Below are positions 1 to 10,049 of a stretch of 64,000 nucleotides of DNA, piece after piece. A program made the position numbers and the translations under genes. Position 1 is the first letter of the stretch; each line of letters begins with the position of its first letter. This DNA comes from Verrucomicrobiales bacterium. Lineage in GTDB: Bacteria; Verrucomicrobiota; Verrucomicrobiia; Verrucomicrobiales; V1-33. The stretch is from assembly GCA_031411295.1 (NCBI GenBank), contig JANOAV010000124.1:1-64000 (forward strand), in the 5' to 3' direction. Below the pieces are notes generated by a model. The model was given only the letters and a program-made list of their open reading frames with translations. It had not been told where the DNA came from and did no database searches.

Positions 1-191
1 CAGAAGCTGGCAGGGCGCCATGGGAAATTACAGAATTCCAGATATTTTTGAATCCTTAAAGGCATTGGCTTAAAAGCGGAACTCCAGCGGATGTTGCTGC
101 ATCTTCGCATGGAACCGTGAGCCTCTCCCGGTGGCTCATGCGTTTTCCCCTCTGGAAATTATTAGTCAGGCGCAGGGCTGGTTGTCTGAGT

Positions 192-3100
192 TCACTTCGG
201 CAACTCCGCCTGCCCATTGCCCATCAAGTAGGAAATGAGATCACTCAACTGCTGATCATTTAAGGCCGTGAGCAGACCCTCTGGCATCATGCTGGTGGGG
301 AGTTGTTCTTGTTTGGCAATGTCACCGCGCTCCACGGTGGCTTCCGAGCCGACCATTTTCACGGTTAGGGTGCGGTCGGTTTTGCCGGAGAGGATGCCGC
401 TGAGGACGCGTCCATCTTTCATGGTTAGGAGGTTCAAGGAATAGTCTGCGGAAACAACCGCACTGGGATCGGCCATGTTCTCGATGAGGTAGGTGATCTC
501 ATGTCGCCCGCTTCCCGTCAGGTCTGGACCGATGAGGTTTCCTTCGCCATAGAGTTTGTGGCAGGTGGCGCAGAGGTTGGTGAAGAGCACGCGTCCTTGC
601 TCGGGTTTGCCTTGTTTGATGAAGGCTGGCGTGAGTTTGGTTTTCAGTGCTGCGATCAATTTTAGTTTGTCCTCCGGTGACTCACGCACTTCGCCCCACA
701 CAGCTGCTAGCTCTTTGGATAAGGCCTCGTCCTTGAAGTTCCGGATTTGCCGGGCGACCACTGGTGTGATGTCCGTGCGGGGAATTTTGCCGCTTTGAAC
801 GTGCTTCAAGAGCACTTTGGCGAAGCTGGGTCGGGTGGCGAGGGTGGCGATGGCCTGTGGGCGTTCGTTGGGATAAAGCCCTTGATAGCGGCCGATGATT
901 TTTTCCGCCAAGGCAGGATCATCAAATGTCGCGAACCCTTGAATGGCATCCACGCTGAGGCTGTTGGTGTTCAGCACGGTCTCGCAGATTCTGCGGAGAT
1001 CGGGGACGTTGGCTTTGATGAGCGTGCGCAGAGCGGTGCGGCGCGATTCCAGCGGGGCGTTGTTATCCAACGCCAGTCGTTGCACTTCATCCATGGCCCG
1101 GCCATCGCCAAAGAGGATGTTGAGGCTTTGCAACTGTTGAGCTGCGGGGCCTTCACGTTTTGCTAACAGGGCGGCAAACGCATCCCATGCAGCGGGCTTG
1201 GCTACCTTCCGCCAACCTTTGAGCGCTTCCGTCATTCCTTGAAGGATGGTGGCTGACAAATATTCGTTTTGGGTTTCCACTGCGATTCCCAGCAGTGAAT
1301 TCAAGACTGCGGGCTCTTTCTCGATCTCTTCTGTGATACGTCGAGCGATGTATTGGTTCACCAATGGCACGCTATAGATATTCACCAGTTTTAGGAGTTC
1401 CGTCGGCGGCAGATGGCGGATACCAAACCAATACATGAGCGGGAGATTGTGATCCTTGGCGTCTTCAGGGTGTGACAAGAGTCCTTGAGCTGCGTTCACG
1501 CAAGCCTCCATGGGAAGGTTCTGCAAGAGCGATGCCCACGTTAGCCGGATCAATGGCGATTGTTCATTCTTAGTGACGGATTTGATAGCAGATGCGTTCT
1601 CGCTGCCATTTTTGAAAAACTGTTGCAGCGACGATGTTGGGCGGTCCAACAGATTAAGTCGAAGCTCAAGGTTAAAAGCAGATTCATGATCGAATGGGCC
1701 AAGAGCTGCTAGCCTAATTGGCGGGGTAAGATTTTCATCGGACGGAATCCACGCTATCGTGAGGTCCATATTCTGACTCCGCTTCAATTCTTTACCCGAC
1801 GCATCCTCCTGGATTAACGGCACCAGAAACCCTTGTGGTAGAGGCTTCCTGAGCGCCCGTTCCCGCAACTCCCACCGCCCCATCCGCACCAGCCATTCGT
1901 TGTCGCTCAATTGTAATTTCACGAGCGCCTCATCGCTCAATTTCGTGACGTCCGTCTCTGCTGGTTTGACGGGATCACCGTAAGTGATCTTGTAAATGCG
2001 GCCGGAGGTCCGGTGCACGCCGTCTTCTTCATGGCATTCCCCCACATCACACCAATCTAAGATATAGACGCCACCGTCCGGGCCGTATTGAATTTCCGTC
2101 GCCCGGAACCAGGGATCGTCCATCTTCAGGAAGTCCGGTTCGTGCTTGCCCACATAGCCGCTGCCCTCGCGCTCAATGCGATCCACGTTGACCCGATGCC
2201 CGTGCAGGTTGTTCATGAAGACTTTGCCGCGATATTCCTTGGGGAAATTTGTCCCTTGGTAAATCATCATGCCCACATGCGCGTGGCCGCCTCCCAGCGT
2301 GTCGGTTAGGCCTTTGCCATCGCGTGTTTCGTTCCATTTCTTGCCCGTGTCCCAGTGATAGTGGTCCGCGTGTTGGTCGATGAGATCATAGATGTGTTCA
2401 TAGGGATCGTCGCCATGCATGCGCTTGAAGTGCGCGCCTTGAATGCCGTGCCAGAAGTGGCCGATGACGGTGTTGATGAAAAACATTTCGCCATTTTCAT
2501 CCCAATCCATGCCCCAGGGATTCGTGGTGCCGTGACAGTAGGGTTGGTAAATTTTCTTGATCGGATGGTAGCGCCAGATGCCGCCCGCCGTGGGTTTCCG
2601 CTGTTCCTGCGGGGTGCCGGGAACGTCAATCCAACTCGTGCTAGTGATACCCACGCGACCATACAGCCAGCCATCCGGTCCCCATTTCAAGCCGTTGGCA
2701 AAGGTATGCCGACTGGATGCGGTGGCGCTGAATCCATCCAGCACGATCTGTGGTGGACCCACTGGTTTGTCGTCCTTCACAGGAATAAATAGCAAATGCG
2801 GCGGGCACATGGCATAGACGCCACCTTGGCCTCGTTCGATGCTGGTGAGCATTTGCAGATCCTCTGCAAAGACCGTGCGCTTGTCAAAATGGCCGTCGTT
2901 ATCGGTGTCCTCGAAGATTAAAATGCGATCTCGTAGCTTGAGATCGAAGCGTTCCTTTACATCCGAGTAAGTGTAATTTTCCGCAATCCACAAGCGCCCA
3001 TGTTCATCCCAACACATGGCGATGGGGTTCTGCACATCCGGCTCGGCCGCAAACAACGTGGCCTTGAAGCCGGGCGGCAAATGCAGCATTTTCACAGCCT

Positions 3101-3224
3101 CGGCCGGTGGCGTGAGCGGCACGTTGGTGGGCGGCTGATTGTTGGTTGGGGTTGGGAAATCTGCCGCCACGGCAGTGGAAACCGCCAGCAAGTATCCGCA
3201 AATAAAGTTAGAAAAAGGAGACAT
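192..3224 (-). CDS. PVC-type heme-binding CxxCH protein (membrane-bound dehydrogenase-like propeller + helical region + cytochrome c)
   Basis: Signal peptide from ATG 3224; N-terminal LPPGFKATLFAAEPDVQNPIAMCWD and NGLKWGPDGWLYG motifs; C-terminal CATCH, IGPDLTG, SMMPEGL. Confidence 0.9.
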   Translation of the reverse strand: MSPFSNFICGYLLAVSTAVAADFPTPTNNQPPTNVPLTPPAEAVKMLHLPPGFKATLFAAEPDVQNPIAMCWDEHGRLWIAENYTYSDVKERFDLKLRDRILIFEDTDNDGHFDKRTVFAEDLQMLTSIERGQGGVYAMCPPHLLFIPVKDDKPVGPPQIVLDGFSATASSRHTFANGLKWGPDGWLYGRVGITSTSWIDVPGTPQEQRKPTAGGIWRYHPIKKIYQPYCHGTTNPWGMDWDENGEMFFINTVIGHFWHGIQGAHFKRMHGDDPYEHIYDLIDQHADHYHWDTGKKWNETRDGKGLTDTLGGGHAHVGMMIYQGTNFPKEYRGKVFMNNLHGHRVNVDRIEREGSGYVGKHEPDFLKMDDPWFRATEIQYGPDGGVYILDWCDVGECHEEDGVHRTSGRIYKITYGDPVKPAETDVTKLSDEALVKLQLSDNEWLVRMGRWELRERALRKPLPQGFLVPLIQEDASGKELKRSQNMDLTIAWIPSDENLTPPIRLAALGPFDHESAFNLELRLNLLDRPTSSLQQFFKNGSENASAIKSVTKNEQSPLIRLTWASLLQNLPMEACVNAAQGLLSHPEDAKDHNLPLMYWFGIRHLPPTELLKLVNIYSVPLVNQYIARRITEEIEKEPAVLNSLLGIAVETQNEYLSATILQGMTEALKGWRKVAKPAAWDAFAALLAKREGPAAQQLQSLNILFGDGRAMDEVQRLALDNNAPLESRRTALRTLIKANVPDLRRICETVLNTNSLSVDAIQGFATFDDPALAEKIIGRYQGLYPNERPQAIATLATRPSFAKVLLKHVQSGKIPRTDITPVVARQIRNFKDEALSKELAAVWGEVRESPEDKLKLIAALKTKLTPAFIKQGKPEQGRVLFTNLCATCHKLYGEGNLIGPDLTGSGRHEITYLIENMADPSAVVSADYSLNLLTMKDGRVLSGILSGKTDRTLTVKMVGSEATVERGDIAKQEQLPTSMMPEGLLTALNDQQLSDLISYLMGNGQAELPK

Positions 3225-3370
3225 GGTGGATGCATCATTCTGCGAGGCCAGGGTTTGCGCAAGCCAACCGTTGGCCGGGAGTGCGGAACGAATGGCGGAT
3301 GGGCTGGCGCACCCTGGGAGGGGATGGTTCTGGATTGACAGCACAGGACGAAATCGCGTTTAGTGGCCTG

Positions 3371-5728
3371 ATGCGCGCGCTCGTCTTTTTTCTTTCGTTA
3401 ACTCTCTTGGAATTTGGTTTTTCACAAGCTGACGGTGATGTTCCGTGGGTGGGGGAGGCTGGGCACGCGGAGACAACCCGGGAGATTATGGCTCGGCAGG
3501 CGGCTTGGGAGGCTGCTCCCACGGCTCGCAGGCCGTTGCGGCGGCGGGGTCGCTTTTCCGATCGACAGAATTTACCACAAAATCCGCTCTCCCCGCCTGC
3601 GCCCGAAACGATCGCTCCCTCCAAATACTCCCTCGAGGCCCTGCTGGGGCCAGGCATTATTCCGAAATCTCCCCAAACGCTGAGCCTGAATTTCAGCGCG
3701 GCAGTGCAAGCGGACACGGCGGATAGTTTTCCTCCAGACTCCATGGGCGTGGCGGGGCCTGCGCAGTTTCTGATGGTCATCAATGGACGGATCCGCTCGT
3801 TCGAGAAAGCGACTGGAGTCATGGGATCGCTGAATGCGGATTTGGATGTCTTCTTTGCCAGCACTCGCGGCAGCGACTTCTCGGGAGATCCCCGCGTGCG
3901 CTATGATCGGCTCGCGAAGCGCTGGATCGTCAGTTGCTTCGCAGATGCGGCTACGAATAATAAGCTGTTGCTGGCGGTCACCAACAATGAATTCATCACG
4001 GGTGCTACTGTCTGGACCCATTTTTCATTCCAACACAATACCGTTTCGCCCGCCGGAGATGCGGGGACGTTCGCGGATTATCCCACGATGGCGGTGGATG
4101 CGAACGCGATTTACATAGGGGTTTCCATCTTTAGCTCCTCGGACGTCTTGCTGGGGAGCACCGCCTTTGTTATTAGAAAAAGTTCCGTGTTGGGAGCGGG
4201 GCCCATTGTGGTGAAGGCCTTTCGTAATTTGGTTGTGGCCGGCAATGGCTCGACCGTGCAGCAGGGAGTGGACAACTATGATCCCGCTGCCTCGGAGGGC
4301 TATTTCATTGGCACGGACGGCGCGCTCTTTGGGCGACTCATGCTTCGTCGGGTGAGTGATCCCGGTGGTAATCCGACCATCTCGGGGAACATCCCGATCA
4401 CGGTGCCCATGACAGCGGCTCCACTCGCGGTGCCCCATAAGGGCAACAATGATCCGGTGGGCGGCCTCTTGGACCCGATCGACGATCGATTAATGGCGGC
4501 TCACTTACGCAATGGTCATCTCTGGACCTCCCATGCCATCGGCGTGACGAATACCGGTGCTAGCACCGGCACCATGACCCGCAACGGAGCCCGCTGGTAT
4601 GATATTACCAGCCTGAGCACCACCCCCGTCGTTACTCAGTCCGGCACGGTATTTACTAGCAGTGCGACCAATACCACGACGGAGCGTCACTATCTGGTGC
4701 CATCCATTATGGTGTCCGGCCAGGGGCATGCGGCCATGGGATTCAGCACCTCTGGAAGCAATGAATACATCAATGCCGCCACGGCGGGGCGGTTGGCGAC
4801 CGATGCTCCAGGCACGATGCAGACCCCACTGCTCTACACGGCCTCTGCTACTGCTTACAATCCGCCCGGAGATGACGGCAGTGGCTTCGGCACGCGTCGG
4901 TGGGGCGACTATTCGATGACCAGTTTGGATCCATCGGATGACATGACCATGTGGACGATCCAGCAATACTGCAATGCCACCAATACCTACGGGCTGCGGG
5001 TGGTGCGCCTGCAAGCTCCAGCTCCGGCGGTTCCCTCCAGTTGCAGTCCCGCTGCGGTGGCTCCGGGAGTGACGAACACGAATGTCGTGGTAACTGGCAC
5101 CTCCGCCGCAGGGACTGGTTTCTTCGATCCAGGGGCAGGCTTCACGAATCGGCTAACCGCCAGTGTTGGTGGAACTGGGGTTACGGTCAACAGTGTTGCC
5201 TACACCGATCCGACCCATGTGACCCTGAACCTAACCGTAGCGGCCAACGCCACGTTGGGCGCGCGCAGCGTAACGGTGACCAACCCCGATGGCCAGGTTG
5301 CCACCAGTGCCACCGCCATCCTTTCGATTGCTTCCCTAACGCAGATAGAAATCTGGCGACAAACCTACTTCGGCTCCACTGCCGATGCTGGAAATGCCGC
5401 CAACGCTGCCGACCCAGATCACGATGGCCTGAATAATCTCATGGAGTTCGCCACTGGCACCGCTCCCAACGCCCCCAGCATGGCTCCAGGAACGCTGCAA
5501 CGCAGTGGCAGTAACCTGCTTTTCACCTTCACCCGCAATGTCAACGCACTCACGTCCATGAGTTATATCGTAGAGTGGAGTGACGCCATGGCGGCCAGCA
5601 CTTGGAGTGTTGGCGGAGTCACGTTGGGTGCTCCGAGCACGATTGGTTCGGTGCAGACGATCACTGCGACGGTCCCAGCAGGATCGAGTAACAAACGTTT
5701 CGTGCGCCTGCGGGTGACGCTTCCTTAA
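3371..5728 (+). CDS. Secreted protein with Ig/IPT-like domain and verrucomicrobial C-terminal domain
   Basis: Signal peptide MRALVFFLSL; PPDS, GDPRVRYD, ADYP and RWGDYS motifs; Ig-like VTVTNPDGQ; tail DPDHDGLNNLMEFATG...RFVRLRVTLP. Confidence 0.75.
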   Translation: MRALVFFLSLTLLEFGFSQADGDVPWVGEAGHAETTREIMARQAAWEAAPTARRPLRRRGRFSDRQNLPQNPLSPPAPETIAPSKYSLEALLGPGIIPKSPQTLSLNFSAAVQADTADSFPPDSMGVAGPAQFLMVINGRIRSFEKATGVMGSLNADLDVFFASTRGSDFSGDPRVRYDRLAKRWIVSCFADAATNNKLLLAVTNNEFITGATVWTHFSFQHNTVSPAGDAGTFADYPTMAVDANAIYIGVSIFSSSDVLLGSTAFVIRKSSVLGAGPIVVKAFRNLVVAGNGSTVQQGVDNYDPAASEGYFIGTDGALFGRLMLRRVSDPGGNPTISGNIPITVPMTAAPLAVPHKGNNDPVGGLLDPIDDRLMAAHLRNGHLWTSHAIGVTNTGASTGTMTRNGARWYDITSLSTTPVVTQSGTVFTSSATNTTTERHYLVPSIMVSGQGHAAMGFSTSGSNEYINAATAGRLATDAPGTMQTPLLYTASATAYNPPGDDGSGFGTRRWGDYSMTSLDPSDDMTMWTIQQYCNATNTYGLRVVRLQAPAPAVPSSCSPAAVAPGVTNTNVVVTGTSAAGTGFFDPGAGFTNRLTASVGGTGVTVNSVAYTDPTHVTLNLTVAANATLGARSVTVTNPDGQVATSATAILSIASLTQIEIWRQTYFGSTADAGNAANAADPDHDGLNNLMEFATGTAPNAPSMAPGTLQRSGSNLLFTFTRNVNALTSMSYIVEWSDAMAASTWSVGGVTLGAPSTIGSVQTITATVPAGSSNKRFVRLRVTLP

Positions 5729-6672
5729 CGCAGATCGAATTTTTGGAGTGCCGCCCCATCCTCGGTCTTAATCAGGAACTTGCGTCCCACTTGGATGCAA
5801 AGTCCCGTGAAAGTTTGTTCAGCTAAGTTGAGGGCCCGGTCTTCCAAATGGCTTACCACCCAATCCCGTCGAATGGGTCCCTGCGGCATCCTAACGCAGG
5901 AAATTTCCCCGCGCGATATTTCTTCCTCGGCCGTCCAGCGTGCCGCAATGGCCGTGCCCAGTCCGAGCTTCACAAATTGCTTCATGGCCTCAATGCTGCC
6001 CAGTTCGGTGAAATTATTTGCCCGCACGCCTTGTCCCAGCAGATGGTTGCGAAACAGTTCACAGGTATAACTCCGACGACTGGTAACGATCAGCGTTTGT
6101 TCCGCAACTGCCAACGCCGTGGGAGGCGTGGTCGCCCAGGGGTGATTGGCCGCCACCAGAAGTTCCAGATGATCATAGAATAAAGGCTGGCAAGTGAGTC
6201 CAGTGATCTCATGGGGTTTCAAGGAAATGCTTAAATCAATCTCGCCTTCGCGCAGACGCTGCATGTTTTCCGGAGTCTCTCCAGGCAGCACGGTGACATT
6301 ATATAAGGGGAAACTATCCCGAAACTCCCGCAACACCGCGAGCAGAATGAACTGCGACGCGGCGGTGCTGCAGCCAATCCGTAAGCGCCCCCGGGGAGAT
6401 TTCTCCAGGCTGCTAATGGCATCGCGCGCCATACCCATGCGGCGGAGAATGGATTCTGCGTGGCTGAGAAGTTCTTTGCCTGCCTGCGTCAAAAGCACGC
6501 GTTTGCCGGAGCGGAGGAAGAGTCTGCTCCCCAGATCATCCTCCAGTGCCTTCATTGAATGGCTGACTGCTGATTGGGTCAGATTTAGCTCGCCTGCAGC
6601 TTCAGTGAAGCTGCCGCAGCGGGCGAGCGCGGCAAAGGCGCGGAGTTGTCTGGTATCTAGGAGGTCTTGCAT
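5725..6672 (-). CDS. LysR family transcriptional regulator
   Basis: HTH LDTRQLRAF...GSFTEAAGELNLTQSAVSHSMKALEDDLG; divergent from the nitrate ABC operon. Confidence 0.95.
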   Translation of the reverse strand: MQDLLDTRQLRAFAALARCGSFTEAAGELNLTQSAVSHSMKALEDDLGSRLFLRSGKRVLLTQAGKELLSHAESILRRMGMARDAISSLEKSPRGRLRIGCSTAASQFILLAVLREFRDSFPLYNVTVLPGETPENMQRLREGEIDLSISLKPHEITGLTCQPLFYDHLELLVAANHPWATTPPTALAVAEQTLIVTSRRSYTCELFRNHLLGQGVRANNFTELGSIEAMKQFVKLGLGTAIAARWTAEEEISRGEISCVRMPQGPIRRDWVVSHLEDRALNLAEQTFTGLCIQVGRKFLIKTEDGAALQKFDLR

Positions 6673-6683
6673 GGATGGTATGA

Positions 6684-6698
6684 ATGAATGGAATTCAT
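6684..6698. promoter_or_regulatory. LysR recognition site (T-N11-A palindrome)
   Basis: ATGAAT-GGA-ATTCAT inverted repeat just upstream of the LysR start codon. Confidence 0.65.
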
Positions 6699-6748
6699 CA
6701 TCAGCAGGAATTATTCCACGAGGGCTCATAGTTTTGAGTTCAGGGGGT

Positions 6749-6764
6749 TGGCACAGGTGTTGCA
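6749..6764 (+). promoter_or_regulatory. Sigma54 (-24/-12) promoter
   Basis: TGGCAC-AGGTG-TTGCA matches TGGCAC-N5-TTGC, directly upstream of the nitrate transport operon. Confidence 0.85.
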
Positions 6765-6777
6765 ACAGTTTCCGTCC

Positions 6778-7887
6778 ATGATTAAAAACCCTGCTTCATC
6801 AACCCACGCCTCCAAATTAGGCTTTCTGCCGCTTACGGACAGCGCTCCCTTGCTTGTAGCAGAGCATGAAGGATTTTTTCGAAAGTATGATGTTTCAGTG
6901 AATCTTTGCTGCGAAATCGGTTGGGCTACGGTGCGGGAGAAGCTGACTTTTGGTGAATTGGACGGAGCAGTGGCGGTAGCCGGTCTTGCTCCGGCTCTGC
7001 GCTTGGGAATCAATGGTCCCAGCTGCCCCGTGATTGCGCCTTTGGTGCTCAGCCTGCAAGGAAATGCCATCACGCTGAGTCGGCACCTATATCATGCCGG
7101 GGTGCGCGATGCGCAGAGCCTGACCCAGTATGTCCGGGGGCATCAGAATCGGGTGCTGACGATGGGAGTTATTTCGAAATGGTGTTCCCATTATTTCCTG
7201 CTGCGTGATTGGCTCGCTTCCGGCGGTTTGCGGGTGGATGAGGAGGTTCGGTTGGTGCTGCTGCCACCACCGCTCCTCCCTGATTTACTAGCCTCGGGTG
7301 CGATCGACGGATTTTGCTCAGGCGAACCGTGGAATTCGGCTGCGGTGATCGGTGGTCAGGGCTGGGTGGCAGCCACCACGGCTGAGTTGAATCCACGGCA
7401 CGTGGAAAAAGTGCTCTTACTAAACGAGAACACCGCCCGCGCCAATCCCGATGCCACGAGCCGACTCCTCCAAGCGCTGCGCGAGGCCTCTGCCTGGTGT
7501 GATGAAACAAAAAATCGTCCGCAAGTAGCCGAGATCCTTCATCGGAGTGGGCATTTCTCCACCGACCTTGCGTCGTTGCGGGCCTCGCTGGTGGGACCGT
7601 TCCTCGACGGCACGGGTCAATCCACCTCGGCGGAGAATTTCCACTATTTCCATCGCCATGATGCGAACACACCCACGGCGGAGAAAGCCCTTTGGTTGCT
7701 GCGTGGCTTGAGACGCCACGGGGTGGTGGTGCCGGAGCAGGAAACCGCCTTGAAGCAGGCCTTTGCGGCCTCCTGGGGCGTGCTATCCAGCACGGCGCCA
7801 TCACCTACTACCAAATCGATCAAACCCGCCAAGGCCAAGCCAAACAGCAAAATTTCCCGCCCCGTTAAATTAACCCAAACTGCATAA
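6778..7887 (+). CDS. NasS-like cytoplasmic CmpA/NrtA-family protein
   Basis: LGFLPLTDSAPLLVA, GWATVREKL and DGFCSGEPWN motifs; no signal peptide. Confidence 0.8.
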   Translation: MIKNPASSTHASKLGFLPLTDSAPLLVAEHEGFFRKYDVSVNLCCEIGWATVREKLTFGELDGAVAVAGLAPALRLGINGPSCPVIAPLVLSLQGNAITLSRHLYHAGVRDAQSLTQYVRGHQNRVLTMGVISKWCSHYFLLRDWLASGGLRVDEEVRLVLLPPPLLPDLLASGAIDGFCSGEPWNSAAVIGGQGWVAATTAELNPRHVEKVLLLNENTARANPDATSRLLQALREASAWCDETKNRPQVAEILHRSGHFSTDLASLRASLVGPFLDGTGQSTSAENFHYFHRHDANTPTAEKALWLLRGLRRHGVVVPEQETALKQAFAASWGVLSSTAPSPTTKSIKPAKAKPNSKISRPVKLTQTA

Positions 7888-7901
7888 CCCAACTCAAAAG
7901 T

Positions 7902-9158
7902 ATGAATCGTCGCCAACTTCTCAAAACCACCACCCTCTCCAGTCTGCTGGCTGGCCTGCCGAAAGCCTTTACTGGGACCGCTTACGCCAGCGAAGCCCCG
8001 GAAGTCGCGGATCTGAAATTCGGCATCATTGCCCTAACGGATTGTTCCCCGATCGTCATTGCCCATGAAAAAGGACTCTTCAAGAAATACGGCATCAACT
8101 CCACCGTCTCCAAAGGGGCCAGTTGGGCGGCCATTCGGGACTCCCTGAGCAATGGCGACATCCATGCCACGCACATGCTGCTGGGGATGCCGATTGCTTC
8201 CACCATGGGGCTCGGTGGGGCTCCGAAGAAACCAATGATCGTGCCTTGGATTATGAATCGCAATGGCCAGGCCATCACGATAAAGAAGGAATTGGCCGGC
8301 AAAATTTCCAATGATCCCAGCAAACTCAAACCACTGGTGGATGCCGCCAAAGCCAGTGGCAATCCCATGACGTTCGCCATGACCTTTCCGCCCGGAACCC
8401 ACGCCATGTGGTTGCGCTACTACCTGGCCGCTGGCGGGATCAATCCTGGTGATGCTATGGGCGGTGGGGCCGATATTTCGTTGATCACAATTCCGCCTCC
8501 ACAAATGGTCGCTAACATGAAGGTGGGCAAGATGGACGGATTCTGTGTGGGCGAACCTTGGAATGCCAAGGCCATCGCTGAAGAAGTGGGCTACACCGCT
8601 ATCACGACCCAAGAGATCTGGAAAGATCATCCCGAGAAAGTTTGCGCGTTCAGTGAGGAGTTCGCGCTGAAGAATCCCAAGACCGTGAAGGCAGTGCTCA
8701 AGGCCCTGCATGAAGCCAGCGTGTGGTTGGACAAGATGGAGAACCGCCCTGAGCAAGCCCAGATTGTCAGCGCTCCGACTTACATCAACGCTCCCGCAGA
8801 GGCGCTGCTGGGCCGCCTCCAAGGGAAATATGACATGGGTGATGGTCGCAAGATTAAAGATCCTAACTACATGATCTTTAGCGAGCGCAACTGTAACTAC
8901 CCCCAACCGAAGTATGCCAAATGGTGGCTGACGCAACTCCGCCGGTGGGGCTTCACCACAGGCGCTCCAGATTATGAGGGCGTGGCCAAGCAAGTGATGC
9001 GCGGTGATATCTATGACGAAGCCATGAAGGAAATTGGCTACGCCGGCGGCAAGTTGGATGATTCCGCCGAGACGTTGTTCGACAAGGTTTCCTTCGATCC
9101 CAAAGCGGATCTCGAGGCTTATGCCAAGAGCTTCAGTGTCAAAACGTTAAAAGACTAA
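7902..9158 (+). CDS. nrtA: Nitrate/nitrite ABC transporter substrate-binding protein
   Basis: Tat-like MNRRQLLK; IALTDCSPIVIA, FAMTFPPGTH, PPPQMVANM, DGFCVGEPWN, HPEKV. Confidence 0.9.
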   Translation: MNRRQLLKTTTLSSLLAGLPKAFTGTAYASEAPEVADLKFGIIALTDCSPIVIAHEKGLFKKYGINSTVSKGASWAAIRDSLSNGDIHATHMLLGMPIASTMGLGGAPKKPMIVPWIMNRNGQAITIKKELAGKISNDPSKLKPLVDAAKASGNPMTFAMTFPPGTHAMWLRYYLAAGGINPGDAMGGGADISLITIPPPQMVANMKVGKMDGFCVGEPWNAKAIAEEVGYTAITTQEIWKDHPEKVCAFSEEFALKNPKTVKAVLKALHEASVWLDKMENRPEQAQIVSAPTYINAPAEALLGRLQGKYDMGDGRKIKDPNYMIFSERNCNYPQPKYAKWWLTQLRRWGFTTGAPDYEGVAKQVMRGDIYDEAMKEIGYAGGKLDDSAETLFDKVSFDPKADLEAYAKSFSVKTLKD

Positions 9159-9162
9159 ATTC

Positions 9163-10047
9163 ATGAAATTGCTGCATAAACTCAAACTCGAATCGTTGCT
9201 GCTGCCAGTCTTGGCGCTGTTGGCCTGTGGCCTGATCTGGCAAATGATCGCAGGAAGCAATGTCACCGTTACCAAAGTTGATGACTGGGGTGACAAGGTG
9301 ACAACGACGAAGCGAGTTGGTTTATCGCAAGATCTACCAACCCCAGTGGAGACGTGGACGGCCAGTAAATCTTATATCACAGAACCCTTCGCCAAGCGCG
9401 GAGAACTGGATCAAGGGATTCTCCGGTTCACTTGGTTGTCGCTCAAGTTGGTGGCTCAAGGATATTTCCTGGCGCTGCTGGTGGCCACTCCACTGGGGTT
9501 CTTTCTGGGGTTGTCGAAGACGTTTACCAAAGCCTTTGACCCGTTGATTCAAATTCTACGTCCCGTGTCCCCGCTCGCCTGGTTGCCGTTAGGGTTGGTC
9601 TTGTTCAGTGGTGTCAAAGTGCTGGATGCAGCAGGGCGCACCACGTTTGGGGCATCGGATGCGGCTTCCCTGTTCACCATCGCCATTTGCTCCATGTGGC
9701 CCACGGTGATGAATACTGCGGTGGGCGTGCGTGCGGTGCCTCAGGATTATTTGAATGTGGCTAAAGTGCTTAAGCTCTCGAAGGGGAAAACTCTGCTCAA
9801 AGTGCTGCTACCGGCCACGCTGCCCTATATGTTTACTGGCTTCCGGCTCTCTCTGGGTATCGCCTGGTTGGTCATTGTGGCGGTGGAAATGTTGACGGGC
9901 AGACCCGGGGTGGGTGGTTTCCTGTGGCAACAATACAATGCCAGTAGCTACGCCCACATCATTCTCTGCATTCTCACCATCGGTGTGGTCGGGTATATCC
10001 TGGATCGCCTGATGAGCGTGGTCGAAGGTCGTTTCAAAACTGCATAA
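9163..10047 (+). CDS. nrtB: Nitrate ABC transporter permease
   Basis: QILRPVSPLAWLPLG, WPTVMNTAVGV, GFRLSLGIAWLVIVAVEML. Confidence 0.92.
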   Translation: MKLLHKLKLESLLLPVLALLACGLIWQMIAGSNVTVTKVDDWGDKVTTTKRVGLSQDLPTPVETWTASKSYITEPFAKRGELDQGILRFTWLSLKLVAQGYFLALLVATPLGFFLGLSKTFTKAFDPLIQILRPVSPLAWLPLGLVLFSGVKVLDAAGRTTFGASDAASLFTIAICSMWPTVMNTAVGVRAVPQDYLNVAKVLKLSKGKTLLKVLLPATLPYMFTGFRLSLGIAWLVIVAVEMLTGRPGVGGFLWQQYNASSYAHIILCILTIGVVGYILDRLMSVVEGRFKTA

Positions 10048-10049
10048 TC

